Translations under genes and position numbers: made by a program
From: an uncultured Candidatus Saccharibacteria bacterium
GTDB lineage: Bacteria > Patescibacteriota > Doudnabacteria > UBA920
Direction: 5' to 3'
Assembly (NCBI GenBank): GCA_964532425.1
Contig: CAZHIA010000002.1
Location: 169,798-233,797 of the forward strand
DNA length: 64,000 nucleotides
Notes under the pieces: model-generated
The model's database searches: none
Seen by the model: only the letters and a program-made list of their open reading frames with translations
What the model was told of the DNA's origin: nothing
Shown: positions 35,006 through 43,268 of the stretch, in pieces
Numbering within the stretch: position 1 is the stretch's first letter
How the letters are laid out: every line of letters starts with the position of its first letter

Positions 35006-36013
35006 ATGAGTGTCAAACCCTACGATACCATATGGGGTATTGGCAAGGCGCTTGTAAGCCTGGAAGCCTTAAATAAGCTTTTCGGCGACAGGCACCGTGC
35101 CGGCTATGATCGCGGAGAACGGATGGAGGAATACTGCGTTCTCGGCCGCTGGTGGCTGGATAGCTGCGGAAATTGCGCACGCATTATGCCGCCGAATATT
35201 CCCAAAGAGCAGTTTCCGGATTTTCCTGACGTGCTCACAAGGGACGAGTTCTGGGCGTATATTAAAACAAACGCCCAGCCGAACTACCGGTTGAGTTGGA
35301 GCCTTGGTGATGCCCTGCCGCCGGCCACTGTTCGCTGCGCTGACTGCGGCAAGTATTGGAATCTCGACAACTGCCACGATGTGGTAGAGCGCGAATTCAC
35401 CGAGACTCTCCCGTTAACCGATTTTATCGGCAAGACCCTGGAGGAGGCGCAGGCCTTTTGGCGCTCCCGGGAAGACGGCATATATCGGTTCAACGGTTGG
35501 AGCATTCGCAACGACCGCTATATCGATTTGACCCCGAATCCCGAGTACGAAACCCTGAAGGTCAACGAACACGGTTGGGCTGATGAGAAGACCGGCATTG
35601 ACGGCAGTTATGTCATTGTTCCGGGCGACGAAACGCTTTTGCTGGGCTGGCGCCTGTATCATGGGGAGTGCAATCGCAGGCACATTGAGCGCGCAATGCG
35701 GGAACGTTTTGCCCAGCTGTTCAAGCAGGCGGGTTTCCACAGTGTTGAGCTGACGGCCGTTCCAAACCAATACTGCTCCTGCCCGATGTGCGGGCCGTGG
35801 TTCGAGGCAAGAACCGTATTCGGTCTCGTGACCATTGGATGGCGCAAGCGCGTCATTTATCTGGACTGGAACAAGACGGGAATCCAGGTCAATAACGTAC
35901 CGGAGGACTCGAATATTACGCACGGCAGCGGCTGGACCCACGCCTGGGGGTATGAAAAGGCTGCCGAATATCTGCGTACCATTCGCCAAGCCGCGCAGCC
36001 GGTGGTAGCATAG
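35006..36013 (+). CDS. hypothetical Cys-rich protein
   Basis: 335-aa product with 'CADCGKYWNLDNCHD' and 'CSCPMCGPW'. An AAGGAGG SD sequence is present. Confidence 0.6.
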   Translation: MSVKPYDTIWGIGKALVSLEALNKLFGDRHRAGYDRGERMEEYCVLGRWWLDSCGNCARIMPPNIPKEQFPDFPDVLTRDEFWAYIKTNAQPNYRLSWSLGDALPPATVRCADCGKYWNLDNCHDVVEREFTETLPLTDFIGKTLEEAQAFWRSREDGIYRFNGWSIRNDRYIDLTPNPEYETLKVNEHGWADEKTGIDGSYVIVPGDETLLLGWRLYHGECNRRHIERAMRERFAQLFKQAGFHSVELTAVPNQYCSCPMCGPWFEARTVFGLVTIGWRKRVIYLDWNKTGIQVNNVPEDSNITHGSGWTHAWGYEKAAEYLRTIRQAAQPVVA

Positions 36014-36034
36014 GTGCTGGAAGCACGCACAAAC

Positions 36035-36071
36035 ACGCACGCCTCGGATTTCGATCCGGGCGTGCGTTTTC
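36035..36071 (+). terminator. rho-independent terminator
   Basis: acgcacgcc...ggcgtgcgt followed by tttt. Confidence 0.55.
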
Positions 36072-36079
36072 ATTTATGT

Positions 36080-36110
36080 AAAAATCCCCCGATGGTTCCC
36101 ATCGGGGGAT
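36080..36110 (-). terminator. rho-independent terminator on the minus strand
   Basis: tcccccgatgg(ttcc)catcggggga with T5 on the minus strand. Confidence 0.55.
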
Positions 36111-36134
36111 TGAGCAAAGAGGCGACTCTCAAAT

Positions 36135-36437
36135 TTATTCGAATAACGATAAGCTGCTTGCGTCCATTTGCTGGTTTTTAACCAGGTTGCCGCACAGGGG
36201 TTGAAATTTGGAAAAATTTTGATCAGTGATGCCGGTGGGCCGCAGGCCGGTTTCCAACCAGTACAGCAGGTTCGATATGTCATGCTGAAATTCTGTCCGT
36301 TGGGCCGTAGTAAGCTGAGTGGTATGCTTGTCGAGCAGCTTATGCTTTTTGTACGCCATGTTCAAAATGTCCTGCTTGTCCAGGTATTTGATGCTGCTCA
36401 AAAAATCATCAAAGTCGTTAGCCATATAAGGTATCAT
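36135..36437 (-). CDS. hypothetical protein (start uncertain)
   Basis: Open frame with lower GC than its neighbours; no recognisable motif. Confidence 0.3.
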   Translation of the reverse strand: MIPYMANDFDDFLSSIKYLDKQDILNMAYKKHKLLDKHTTQLTTAQRTEFQHDISNLLYWLETGLRPTGITDQNFSKFQPLCGNLVKNQQMDASSLSLFE

Positions 36438-36636
36438 ACTGGATAGTCGAGGCTGCTGTCCAGCCAATATACAAAACTTTGTGTTCGTGCTACGCTTGTG
36501 GTACAAACGCTATGAAAGAAACCTCGTCGAATTCTGCCAACATAGCAGTTTGTAACTTTATCATATAATATTGCATCAATGCGAATTGATGCTTATTATA
36601 GCGAAAAGTGCATTTATCATCTAAAATTGTAATTTC

Positions 36637-36834
36637 ATGAATGGTGTAGTAAAAAAGAAAACCGACAAGGGTTTTGGCTTCATCAGCGTTGAAGGCCAGG
36701 ACAAGGATTTGTTCTTTCACAGCAAGTCCTTGGTCGATGTAACCTTTGACGAAATTCGCGAAGGCGATGAAGTTTCCTTTGACGTGGAAGATTCTCCGAA
36801 AGGCAAGAACGCCGTCAACGTGAGAAAAGCTTAA
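36637..36834 (+). CDS. cspA: cold-shock protein (CspA family)
   Basis: 'GVVKKKTDKGFGFISVEGQDKDLFFH' matches the RNP1/RNP2 cold-shock-domain motifs. Confidence 0.9.
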   Translation: MNGVVKKKTDKGFGFISVEGQDKDLFFHSKSLVDVTFDEIREGDEVSFDVEDSPKGKNAVNVRKA

Positions 36835-36902
36835 AGCTCCTAAAAACCTCTCCGTATCCGCCAGTTGGCGAACGGAGAGGTTTTTGTTATGCGGGCGGAG
36901 CT

Positions 36903-37424
36903 TTATAATGTTTGCTGCAAACCGATTTTGTCCGTTTTACCCTTATCGTAATTAAGGAATACGATCGGGAATAATTCTTTGTTGGTGTCTAAGGGGTATA
37001 TGCCTATGCATTTGAACAGGAAAGTTGGAAAATCTTTAGGATTTAGAGTAGCAAGCAGAAGGTTTCCTTTAAATTTCATCATGTATGCAGCAATGCAACA
37101 ATCAACAAGAGATGCTGAATTGTGCTTTCTAGCCGAGTAAGCATTCGCTATCTTTATCGCATCGGTAACAATATTGATATCAGGCATTCCTAAATCTGCA
37201 TAAGCAATGGTGTGTAAAAATTCTTTTCTTTTTTGTTTATGTTCTTTCTCGAATGCCCCGCGAATGAATTCGAATTCAATAAAAGGGAAGTAGACTGGTG
37301 CACAGCAGCTATCCGTTAAGAATTTAAAAAAAGCCTCGAAATAATCAAAATTAGTCGAAGCTTGGATAATTACCCCGGTGTCTAAGAGTACGTGCTTATG
37401 ATTAATTTCTGATGCCAAATCCAT
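36903..37424 (-). CDS. vapC: PIN-domain (VapC-like) ribonuclease toxin
   Basis: N-terminal 'HVLLDTGVII', then 'LVDCCIAAYMM' and 'LATLNPKDF' match the PIN acidic residues and C-terminal motif. Confidence 0.7.
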   Translation of the reverse strand: MDLASEINHKHVLLDTGVIIQASTNFDYFEAFFKFLTDSCCAPVYFPFIEFEFIRGAFEKEHKQKRKEFLHTIAYADLGMPDINIVTDAIKIANAYSARKHNSASLVDCCIAAYMMKFKGNLLLATLNPKDFPTFLFKCIGIYPLDTNKELFPIVFLNYDKGKTDKIGLQQTL

Positions 37425-37560
37425 AAACACTCAACTCGTTGTTGGTTTGTTGTGGATGCTCTTTGGCTTCCTGTTCCGTATGCTTTTTGATCTCCTCAGC
37501 CAGCCTTTTCAGTTTCTCGAAATTCCAATTATTCTGGTTTTTAGCTTGTATTTCGGGCAT
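37402..37560 (-). CDS. candidate cognate antitoxin (52 aa, Lys/Glu-rich)
   Basis: Unannotated small ORF (MPEIQAKNQNNWNFEKLKRLAEEIKK...) immediately upstream of the PIN gene; its stop overlaps the PIN start. Confidence 0.35.
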   Translation of the reverse strand: MPEIQAKNQNNWNFEKLKRLAEEIKKHTEQEAKEHPQQTNNELSVYGFGIRN

Positions 37561-37665
37561 ATGATATTTGTTATATTATAGCATAAAAGACAGGAAAATT
37601 GAAAAAATGTTACATAACCAAATAAAAGTGAACAATGTCCTTAAATTCAGGCCAAAACAAAAATA

Positions 37666-37700
37666 ACCCGCGATTCTGTTGAATCGCGGGTTTCTTGTTG
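37666..37700 (-). terminator. terminator hairpin identical to the one at 32812-32847, directly after ligase paralog 2
   Basis: acccgcgattc(tgtt)gaatcgcgggt. Confidence 0.65.
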
Positions 37701-37704
37701 TTCC

Positions 37705-38325
37705 TTATGTTCGGCGGTCTTGAAACCAGCGCCAGCGGCTTGATGCGTGGGTGTATTTCTCGTTGAGCAATTTTACCCAAATGTCAGGCATGTGCGGATC
37801 GTACGTCGAGTTTTTTTCTTTGGCAATAACTCCTTCCCAATGTCGTTCCCGCTTGAGGCTCATCAGCTTAAGAACTTCCGTGGCCTTAAAGGAACTCACC
37901 GGAAAAATTGACCCGCGCCGCTCGGGGAGCAGCTGGCGTAGGTATGATTGCCGTATCGGCAATGGTAAAATGCGAAGGTCGAGTCCGTGCAGATACAACA
38001 GGTCGAATACAGCCAGGCTTACCGGCAGCTGGCGCTTCATGAGCGCCGTAAAATTCGGATCACCCTTCTCGTCCAGACAAACCAGTTCGCCGTCTAGGAT
38101 GGCACTCTGTAGGTCCCACTCCGCTAACTCTTCAGCGATTTGATTGAATCCGTTGTGGAGTAGGCCTTTTTTGGTTTGCAGGGTGACGCTCTTGCCTTCT
38201 ATGCGGGGAATGCAGCGGAAGCCGTCATATTTTTGTTCGAAGCTGTAATTTATCGGGTTCGCTATTACGTGCTCGATAGCGCGGCGGTGTTTGCTGGGCA
38301 ATACTGGTTCTATGGCCGGTAACAC
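37705..38325 (-). CDS. minimal ATP-dependent ligase-like nucleotidyltransferase, paralog 2 (GTG start)
   Basis: About 75% identical to paralog 1 and carries the same motifs I, III, IV and V. The GTG start has GGAGGA upstream, giving an N-terminus (M)LPAIEPV like that of paralog 1. Confidence 0.7.
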   Translation of the reverse strand: MLPAIEPVLPSKHRRAIEHVIANPINYSFEQKYDGFRCIPRIEGKSVTLQTKKGLLHNGFNQIAEELAEWDLQSAILDGELVCLDEKGDPNFTALMKRQLPVSLAVFDLLYLHGLDLRILPLPIRQSYLRQLLPERRGSIFPVSSFKATEVLKLMSLKRERHWEGVIAKEKNSTYDPHMPDIWVKLLNEKYTHASSRWRWFQDRRT

Positions 38326-38398
38326 AAATCCTCCTTCTGAAGAGTATTGTATACAACTGCAAATACAGTGTATAATTATGGCATAATTATGCGAATAT

Positions 38399-39331
38399 AT
38401 GCCAGAAATAAACACAGTGGGGGAACCAACCCCGCAACTTCAAACTTTTGAAATAGCGAGAGAAGCTTCCCCGGACAAGCAGTGGGAACTTGCTTCTATG
38501 AAAGCTCGAATAGAACGGGCTTTTGGGGACGAAGAAGTAGCAGGCAAGGTACGGGCTGACTTTGCGTACACGTTTGGCCAACTCGGGTTATCGGCTGCAG
38601 ATGCGGAAGAGCTCTCTACATTCGTTCAGTCAAAACTTTTGGAACCCGCTCCTTTAGATACTATCGAGCGAGACGTCTTGCATCATTTTGAAGGAGTAAA
38701 AGTCAAGACGGAAAATGGCGAATTGAATTTGGTCGAAACGCTGGATGCGATGCTGAAAAGCAGGGCGGAAATTATTTACTCGCAAGTTGCTCCCTATTTG
38801 GCAGGGACAGTTGGCAAGGTGCTGGATTACGGCGCTGGAGACGGGCAGATTGCCCAGCGGCTGCATGATAGGTTAGGATTGGATATTGAAGGGGTGGATA
38901 TTCGGTCTTATGCCGCTGCTGGCGTTACGGTGCCAATCCATACGTTTAACGGGATGAAAGTGCCTGCGCAAGACAAGCAGTACGAAGGCGGCCTCATGAC
39001 CAACGTAGCCCACCACGAACAGAACAACGAACGAATCTTGGAAGAGCTGGACCGGGTCATTAGCCATCGGCTTGTGGTCATCGAAACCGTCCCAGTTGGA
39101 AATACGCCGGTAGAGATTCAAAAGGATGCCGAGCGGACTTTTATGAGTGACTATTTGTATAACCGACTTTTCCATAATGCCGACGTTCCCGTACCCGGCA
39201 CGTTTGATACCTCCGAAAACTGGGAGCAGAGGTTTCAAAAATACGGATGGAAACTGAAGCACTCGGAAAGCTTGGGCCGCGACCAAGCAACCATTAATGA
39301 TGTCCATCACCTGTTAGTTTTTGAAAGGTAA
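38399..39331 (+). CDS. class I SAM-dependent methyltransferase
   Basis: 'VLDYGAGDGQIA' glycine-rich motif I. Divergent from ligase paralog 2. Confidence 0.65.
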   Translation: MPEINTVGEPTPQLQTFEIAREASPDKQWELASMKARIERAFGDEEVAGKVRADFAYTFGQLGLSAADAEELSTFVQSKLLEPAPLDTIERDVLHHFEGVKVKTENGELNLVETLDAMLKSRAEIIYSQVAPYLAGTVGKVLDYGAGDGQIAQRLHDRLGLDIEGVDIRSYAAAGVTVPIHTFNGMKVPAQDKQYEGGLMTNVAHHEQNNERILEELDRVISHRLVVIETVPVGNTPVEIQKDAERTFMSDYLYNRLFHNADVPVPGTFDTSENWEQRFQKYGWKLKHSESLGRDQATINDVHHLLVFER

Positions 39332-39373
39332 TCCACTGCACTCTCATATTTCTTGTTGAATTTTCCAAAATAG

Positions 39374-39410
39374 TAAAAACCCCTACCCGATCGGGTGGGG
39401 GTTTTAAAAA
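39374..39410. terminator. bidirectional terminator
   Basis: cccctacccg/cgggtggggg hairpin flanked by A and T tracts. Confidence 0.55.
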
Positions 39411-39448
39411 AGAAATTTTAATTTCAGGTCAGGGCTTATGTATCTGTA

Positions 39449-39796
39449 TTACCAAATCGGGTGTTTTGTTTCCACTTCGTTCTCGGGCTGCCATGGGGGA
39501 GTGGTTACGAGGATCATGTTGAATCTCCCTTTGTAGTAGATCCGGGTTTGAGGCTGGATAGTCAGAACATCGCCTGCGCTAACCGCCACTTCCTCATCGT
39601 CGAGGTAAAAAGTCCCGCCTCCGTCCAGCACAATGTAAGTGAACGTTGATGCCTTGTCGTAAAATTCCTGGTTGTGCCCGGTCTCCGTGGTGACGTGTAC
39701 CAGGCCCGATCCGCCAATGTTCGGGTAGACATCCAGCTTAATGTCGAACTTTTCTTTTTTGGGGATGTCCGCGGATTTGGTGAGATTATATTTCAT
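39449..39796 (-). CDS. cupin-domain protein
   Basis: Small beta-barrel composition. Start at the internal ATG (aa 28 of the ORF), just downstream of the conserved promoter module. Confidence 0.6.
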   Translation of the reverse strand: MKYNLTKSADIPKKEKFDIKLDVYPNIGGSGLVHVTTETGHNQEFYDKASTFTYIVLDGGGTFYLDDEEVAVSAGDVLTIQPQTRIYYKGRFNMILVTTPPWQPENEVETKHPIW

Positions 39797-39818
39797 AGAA
39801 AGAAAATGATTGGTTGTC

Positions 39819-39864
39819 AACGCCAGTATAGCAGGTTGCCGAGAAAAGCTCGAGGTGTAAGACC
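39819..39864 (-). promoter_or_regulatory. conserved promoter module, copy A (extended -10 TGcTATACT); a near-identical copy lies at 42649-42694
   Basis: On the minus strand: GTCTTACaCCTCGAGCTTTTCtcGGCAAcCTGCTATACTGGCGTT. Confidence 0.45.
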
Positions 39865-39954
39865 TGGTTGGAATCATTTTTGCCTCGGTGCGTAGTTGCT
39901 GGCTGCCCGCGCCGTGGCATTATTGTTTGCAACGGTAATTGACAGGTCCGGGGA

Positions 39955-40431
39955 TTATTGCGGCAAGTTCGACTGGCCGTGCTGAAGCCTCCAACCGTGT
40001 CCGGGTCCTGGGTTTTGAGTCTGACGGTAGAGGCCGCGCATGGGGCCTTTGTGCATCCATAGGGCATCCAGGCCGGTAGCATCAGTCAGCCAACCGGCAA
40101 TAAGAATGGACAGAATGACTCCTACAACAACCAGAAAAAAATTTCTTTTATAGGAAAAATCATATCGTTTGAGTAAGGAGAGGGTAATGGCGATCCCGGC
40201 CGCGGCCATCACGAATGCCCACCAGGGAAAAGACAGAAGTAGCATATTAAGGCGGACGCTGCCCATAGGTCCGTGCGATCGCAGGGAAAAAGCGATCAGA
40301 CTCGCTAGAAACGTTGAAAAAATTAGCGACCCGACCAGTCCGGTGATTCCTGCCACGGCCGCCATGAGAAAATGCCAGCGGGGTTTCATTTTTGCTGCAC
40401 CGCTTTCGATGGCTGTCATGACGGTTTCCAT
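39955..40431 (-). CDS. membrane protein, candidate anti-sigma factor
   Basis: Its ATG overlaps the sigma-factor stop codon by 1 nt (TAATG). Three or four transmembrane helices. Confidence 0.5.
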   Translation of the reverse strand: METVMTAIESGAAKMKPRWHFLMAAVAGITGLVGSLIFSTFLASLIAFSLRSHGPMGSVRLNMLLLSFPWWAFVMAAAGIAITLSLLKRYDFSYKRNFFLVVVGVILSILIAGWLTDATGLDALWMHKGPMRGLYRQTQNPGPGHGWRLQHGQSNLPQ

Positions 40432-40982
40432 TACGCCTGTTGTTTGGTGGTTTGGCATATTTTCTTCATTAATGCTTTTGCCCGGCTGATTCTCGTGCCG
40501 ACGGTACTTATTGGGATCCTCAAGATATCGCTGATCTCTTCGTACGATTTACCATCCAGGTAGTATAGAGATAGTGGTTCGGAAAAGAGCAGGGGAATTC
40601 CGTTCATGCAACGCGTGACCATGGCTTGCAGCTCACTCCGGGTGAGGTTTTCCGTAATGTCTTCTTCGCTGGGTAGCTCGAAATCATCCGGCAATTCGGT
40701 AAGATGTTTCCGTTTTCGAATTTCATTCAGGGCTTCGTTGTGGACGATGCGGTATAGCCATGACGAAAATTTCTTTTTGACGTTAAAGCCGTTGAGGTTT
40801 ATATACGCCTTGATCAGGCTGTTTTGTACGATATCTAGAGATTCCGCTTCGTCTTTCGCGATCGAGTTTGCGTAGCGAGTGAGCCTGTCCTGATAACGGG
40901 CAATAACCTCCCGGTACGATTCGGGGTTGCCGTTCCGTATATGCTCAACCAATTGTTCATCGCTGAGTTCCGAGATGTTCAT
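40431..40982 (-). CDS. ECF-type RNA polymerase sigma factor (sigma-70 regions 2 and 4)
   Basis: Region 2 shows 'ESLDIVQNSLIKAY' and region 4 shows 'LYYLDGKSYEEISDIL'. Start set to the internal ATG (aa 96 of the ORF). Confidence 0.8.
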   Translation of the reverse strand: MNISELSDEQLVEHIRNGNPESYREVIARYQDRLTRYANSIAKDEAESLDIVQNSLIKAYINLNGFNVKKKFSSWLYRIVHNEALNEIRKRKHLTELPDDFELPSEEDITENLTRSELQAMVTRCMNGIPLLFSEPLSLYYLDGKSYEEISDILRIPISTVGTRISRAKALMKKICQTTKQQA

Positions 40983-41014
40983 AAAATAAATGGTATCACA
41001 CGGTTGGTGTTTTG

Positions 41015-41057
41015 CAATATCAATATCCCGCCCGCTCCGGGCGGGATATTGATATTG
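41015..41057. promoter_or_regulatory. 43-bp palindrome (perfect 19-bp arms, 5-nt centre) between the upstream small gene and the ECF sigma gene
   Basis: caatatcaatatcccgccc-gctcc-gggcgggatattgatattg, read directly from the sequence. Confidence 0.5.
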
Positions 41058-41067
41058 ACTGTCTCCA

Positions 41068-41436
41068 TTACCAACCGCAATGAGCCGTTCCGGCTCCTGA
41101 CCGAGGGTTGTGGCCAGTAGACAGCCCAAGCTGTTGCCGGATGGTGTTCGCTTCGGTGATTTTACCCTCTTCAGCGAGGCGGTGGGCTTGGGCAAATTGG
41201 GCGAAATTGTTTTCGTTGACGACAGTACTGGCTCTGCCCCTGCCTTGCATGAGCTGTTTCCAGGCATTATAATCGTTCGTTTCGAACGCTTTTTCCATGG
41301 CCGCGTGCCGGTCTGCGGTGTAGTTTGGGCCGGTCATGGCGGGGTTGCCCCGGTATGCCGAAGCGGAGTGCTCCAGTATGGCAATTGCCGCTATTGCCGC
41401 AATTGCGGACAGTCCAAGAATTTTCACTATACGCAT
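41068..41436 (-). CDS. small secreted protein
   Basis: Signal peptide 'ILGLSAIAAIAAIAILEHSASA'; no recognisable domain. Confidence 0.5.
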   Translation of the reverse strand: MRIVKILGLSAIAAIAAIAILEHSASAYRGNPAMTGPNYTADRHAAMEKAFETNDYNAWKQLMQGRGRASTVVNENNFAQFAQAHRLAEEGKITEANTIRQQLGLSTGHNPRSGAGTAHCGW

Positions 41437-41594
41437 ATGTATGCTCCTGTTTATCTCGACCTTTGCTTCTATTACACTTCAGCAGCGGAATTTCTTCCTG
41501 GGATTTTGGTTTATCGAAAAAACCCTCACCACAGGGCGGGGGTTTGTCGTTCCTCAGGGTGTTTGAAAATCGCGGGTAGTAGAAGGACGAAGAT

Positions 41595-42599
41595 TTAAAC
41601 ATCCATCGGAGCGGAGAGCTCTTCCTGTTTAAGAGAGGCGGCGGGATGCTCCTGCAAATAGCCCAGGGTGGACAAACAACAGCTTACGAAGAACCTCTCC
41701 TGTTGTGATAAAGGTTGTTGGTGAATCAGGTCGTATATATGGCCCCAAGATTCGTGGTTACCATTTTCGGGGACCCCTTGGTTTTTGATATATTCATATA
41801 GTTTCGGAACAATGCGGCTCAGAACAGTCCGGTACACATCGGTTAGTTTTGCGGGGTTGAGGTGATAATCCTCAATGAGTTTGATCAGGCTAAAGTCGCT
41901 TTTGTCCCGATTCTCCTCCATCAAGTCACGGCCAATGTCCCATGCTGCCAGGAGTTGGTTGCGGTCTCGTTCTTTTTGTGTCCAGAGCTCTTCGCTTTGG
42001 CTTTGTTGCCGATCTGCCAAATGTCGAAGGTAAGCCAGGTTGAATGATTTACGGCCAAAATAATTTTCAACTTCTGCATCAAAGGTTTTCTGGTCGGGGG
42101 TTAAGGCCAGGCGCAGTTCCACGAGCGGCAGTTCTTTAATTTCAGGCGGCATATAGGGATCGTAGGTGCGCAGGATTTCTTCGGCCTCGGTTAGGAAATT
42201 CTGCAAGCTGGAGTAAATTTTTTCTTTGTTTTGTCCGTCCGCTCTCGCTACAACTTCCGGCCAGAAGACTTCGTCAATAAAGTTGTCCAAGATACGAACG
42301 GCTGCCGTGGATAGAAATTCCCGGCTGTTAAAATTATTGCTACGATGTGCGGAAGGCCCTACAAGATTATTCATGATGTAATAAAAATTGGCCTCGATAA
42401 TTTCCAAGCTGGGAGGGGAGTAGTGAGAAGCAAGAGTCGGGAAGTGGCGTCGCATGAGGTCTAAAAATTTTGCCCGCATTTCTTCGAACTCTTCGCGATC
42501 TTCGAATTCGAGTGATCCTTCCGGCAAGTTCGCTAAGAAGGCGTTGGCTTCCTTCTGGTTGGAAATACCTTGGCTGCTAAAATAACGTTCGTTGCGCAT
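41595..42599 (-). CDS. hypothetical protein
   Basis: 335-aa helical composition. Start set at the ATG (aa 41 of the ORF) downstream of conserved promoter module copy B. Confidence 0.55.
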   Translation of the reverse strand: MRNERYFSSQGISNQKEANAFLANLPEGSLEFEDREEFEEMRAKFLDLMRRHFPTLASHYSPPSLEIIEANFYYIMNNLVGPSAHRSNNFNSREFLSTAAVRILDNFIDEVFWPEVVARADGQNKEKIYSSLQNFLTEAEEILRTYDPYMPPEIKELPLVELRLALTPDQKTFDAEVENYFGRKSFNLAYLRHLADRQQSQSEELWTQKERDRNQLLAAWDIGRDLMEENRDKSDFSLIKLIEDYHLNPAKLTDVYRTVLSRIVPKLYEYIKNQGVPENGNHESWGHIYDLIHQQPLSQQERFFVSCCLSTLGYLQEHPAASLKQEELSAPMDV

Positions 42600-42648
42600 A
42601 AAGGGGATGAAAATGTATGATACGGGGTAAGGAAAATTACTGCCTGAT

Positions 42649-42694
42649 AACGCCAGTATAGCAGTTTGCCTTGAAAAGCTCGAGGAGTAAGACT
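42649..42694 (-). promoter_or_regulatory. conserved promoter module, copy B
   Basis: On the minus strand: GTCTTACtCCTCGAGCTTTTCaaGGCAAaCTGCTATACTGGCGTT. Confidence 0.45.
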
Positions 42695-42745
42695 TATTCC
42701 TAGTAGTTTCTTGCCGCAAGATAGGGGAATGGGTATTATAAAACT

Positions 42746-43195
42746 ATGTACAAACGCCTCTTTGCTACTTTCATTTTCATCGCCTATTGCGCGGTTCTGG
42801 TTAAATTATTGGTGTTCAAGGCTGTGTCATTTAGAATTGGCCATCTTATGCTCAATTTTTCCGGAGGCGGTACCGGACCGGCCAACTTTGTTCCGTTTCG
42901 GACCATCCTGCCGTACTTGCTCGGTGAGAAGGGGAGCGTGATAGCGTTTTTTGAACTGGCCGGCAATATTGGGTTATTGGTGCCGGTGGGATTTATTGCG
43001 CCTTTCGTTTTTAAAAACATGACATGGAAAAAAACCCTCCTGCTCGCACTAGCCGCCGGCCTTGTTCTGGAGGGAATGCAAGTGGTCCTGCGCGTTGGCA
43101 TATTCGACATTGACGATGTGATCCTGAATGCCCTGGGTGTTATGATTGGGTACTGGATATTTATACTTCTCGCAAAATGGGCGCGGTTTCGTTAA
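42746..43195 (+). CDS. VanZ-family membrane protein
   Basis: 'NFVPFRTI' and 'NIGLLVPVGF' motifs with four transmembrane helices. Confidence 0.75.
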   Translation: MYKRLFATFIFIAYCAVLVKLLVFKAVSFRIGHLMLNFSGGGTGPANFVPFRTILPYLLGEKGSVIAFFELAGNIGLLVPVGFIAPFVFKNMTWKKTLLLALAAGLVLEGMQVVLRVGIFDIDDVILNALGVMIGYWIFILLAKWARFR

Positions 43196-43215
43196 ACCTT
43201 GCTTAAATATTAAAA

Positions 43216-43245
43216 CCCCTTGAAGGCCGTCTTCAAGGGGTTTTT
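43216..43245. terminator. bidirectional rho-independent terminator
   Basis: ccccttgaag(gccgt)cttcaagggg followed by ttttt. Confidence 0.7.
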
Positions 43246-43268
43246 GGTTTGGCAAGTATAGGAGTCTA

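Noticed and set aside
36490-36720. Minus-strand 76-aa ORF overlapping cspA
   Set aside because: cspA on the plus strand has unmistakable cold-shock-domain motifs. The overlapping ORF has no start signal.
39819-39864. Sigma-54 (-24/-12) or canonical ECF (GGAAC...GTCT) interpretation of the conserved promoter module
   Set aside because: The GG to GC spacing in GGCAACCTGC is 7 nt rather than 10-11, and no GGAAC-like -35 is present. An extended -10 sigma70-type reading fits better.
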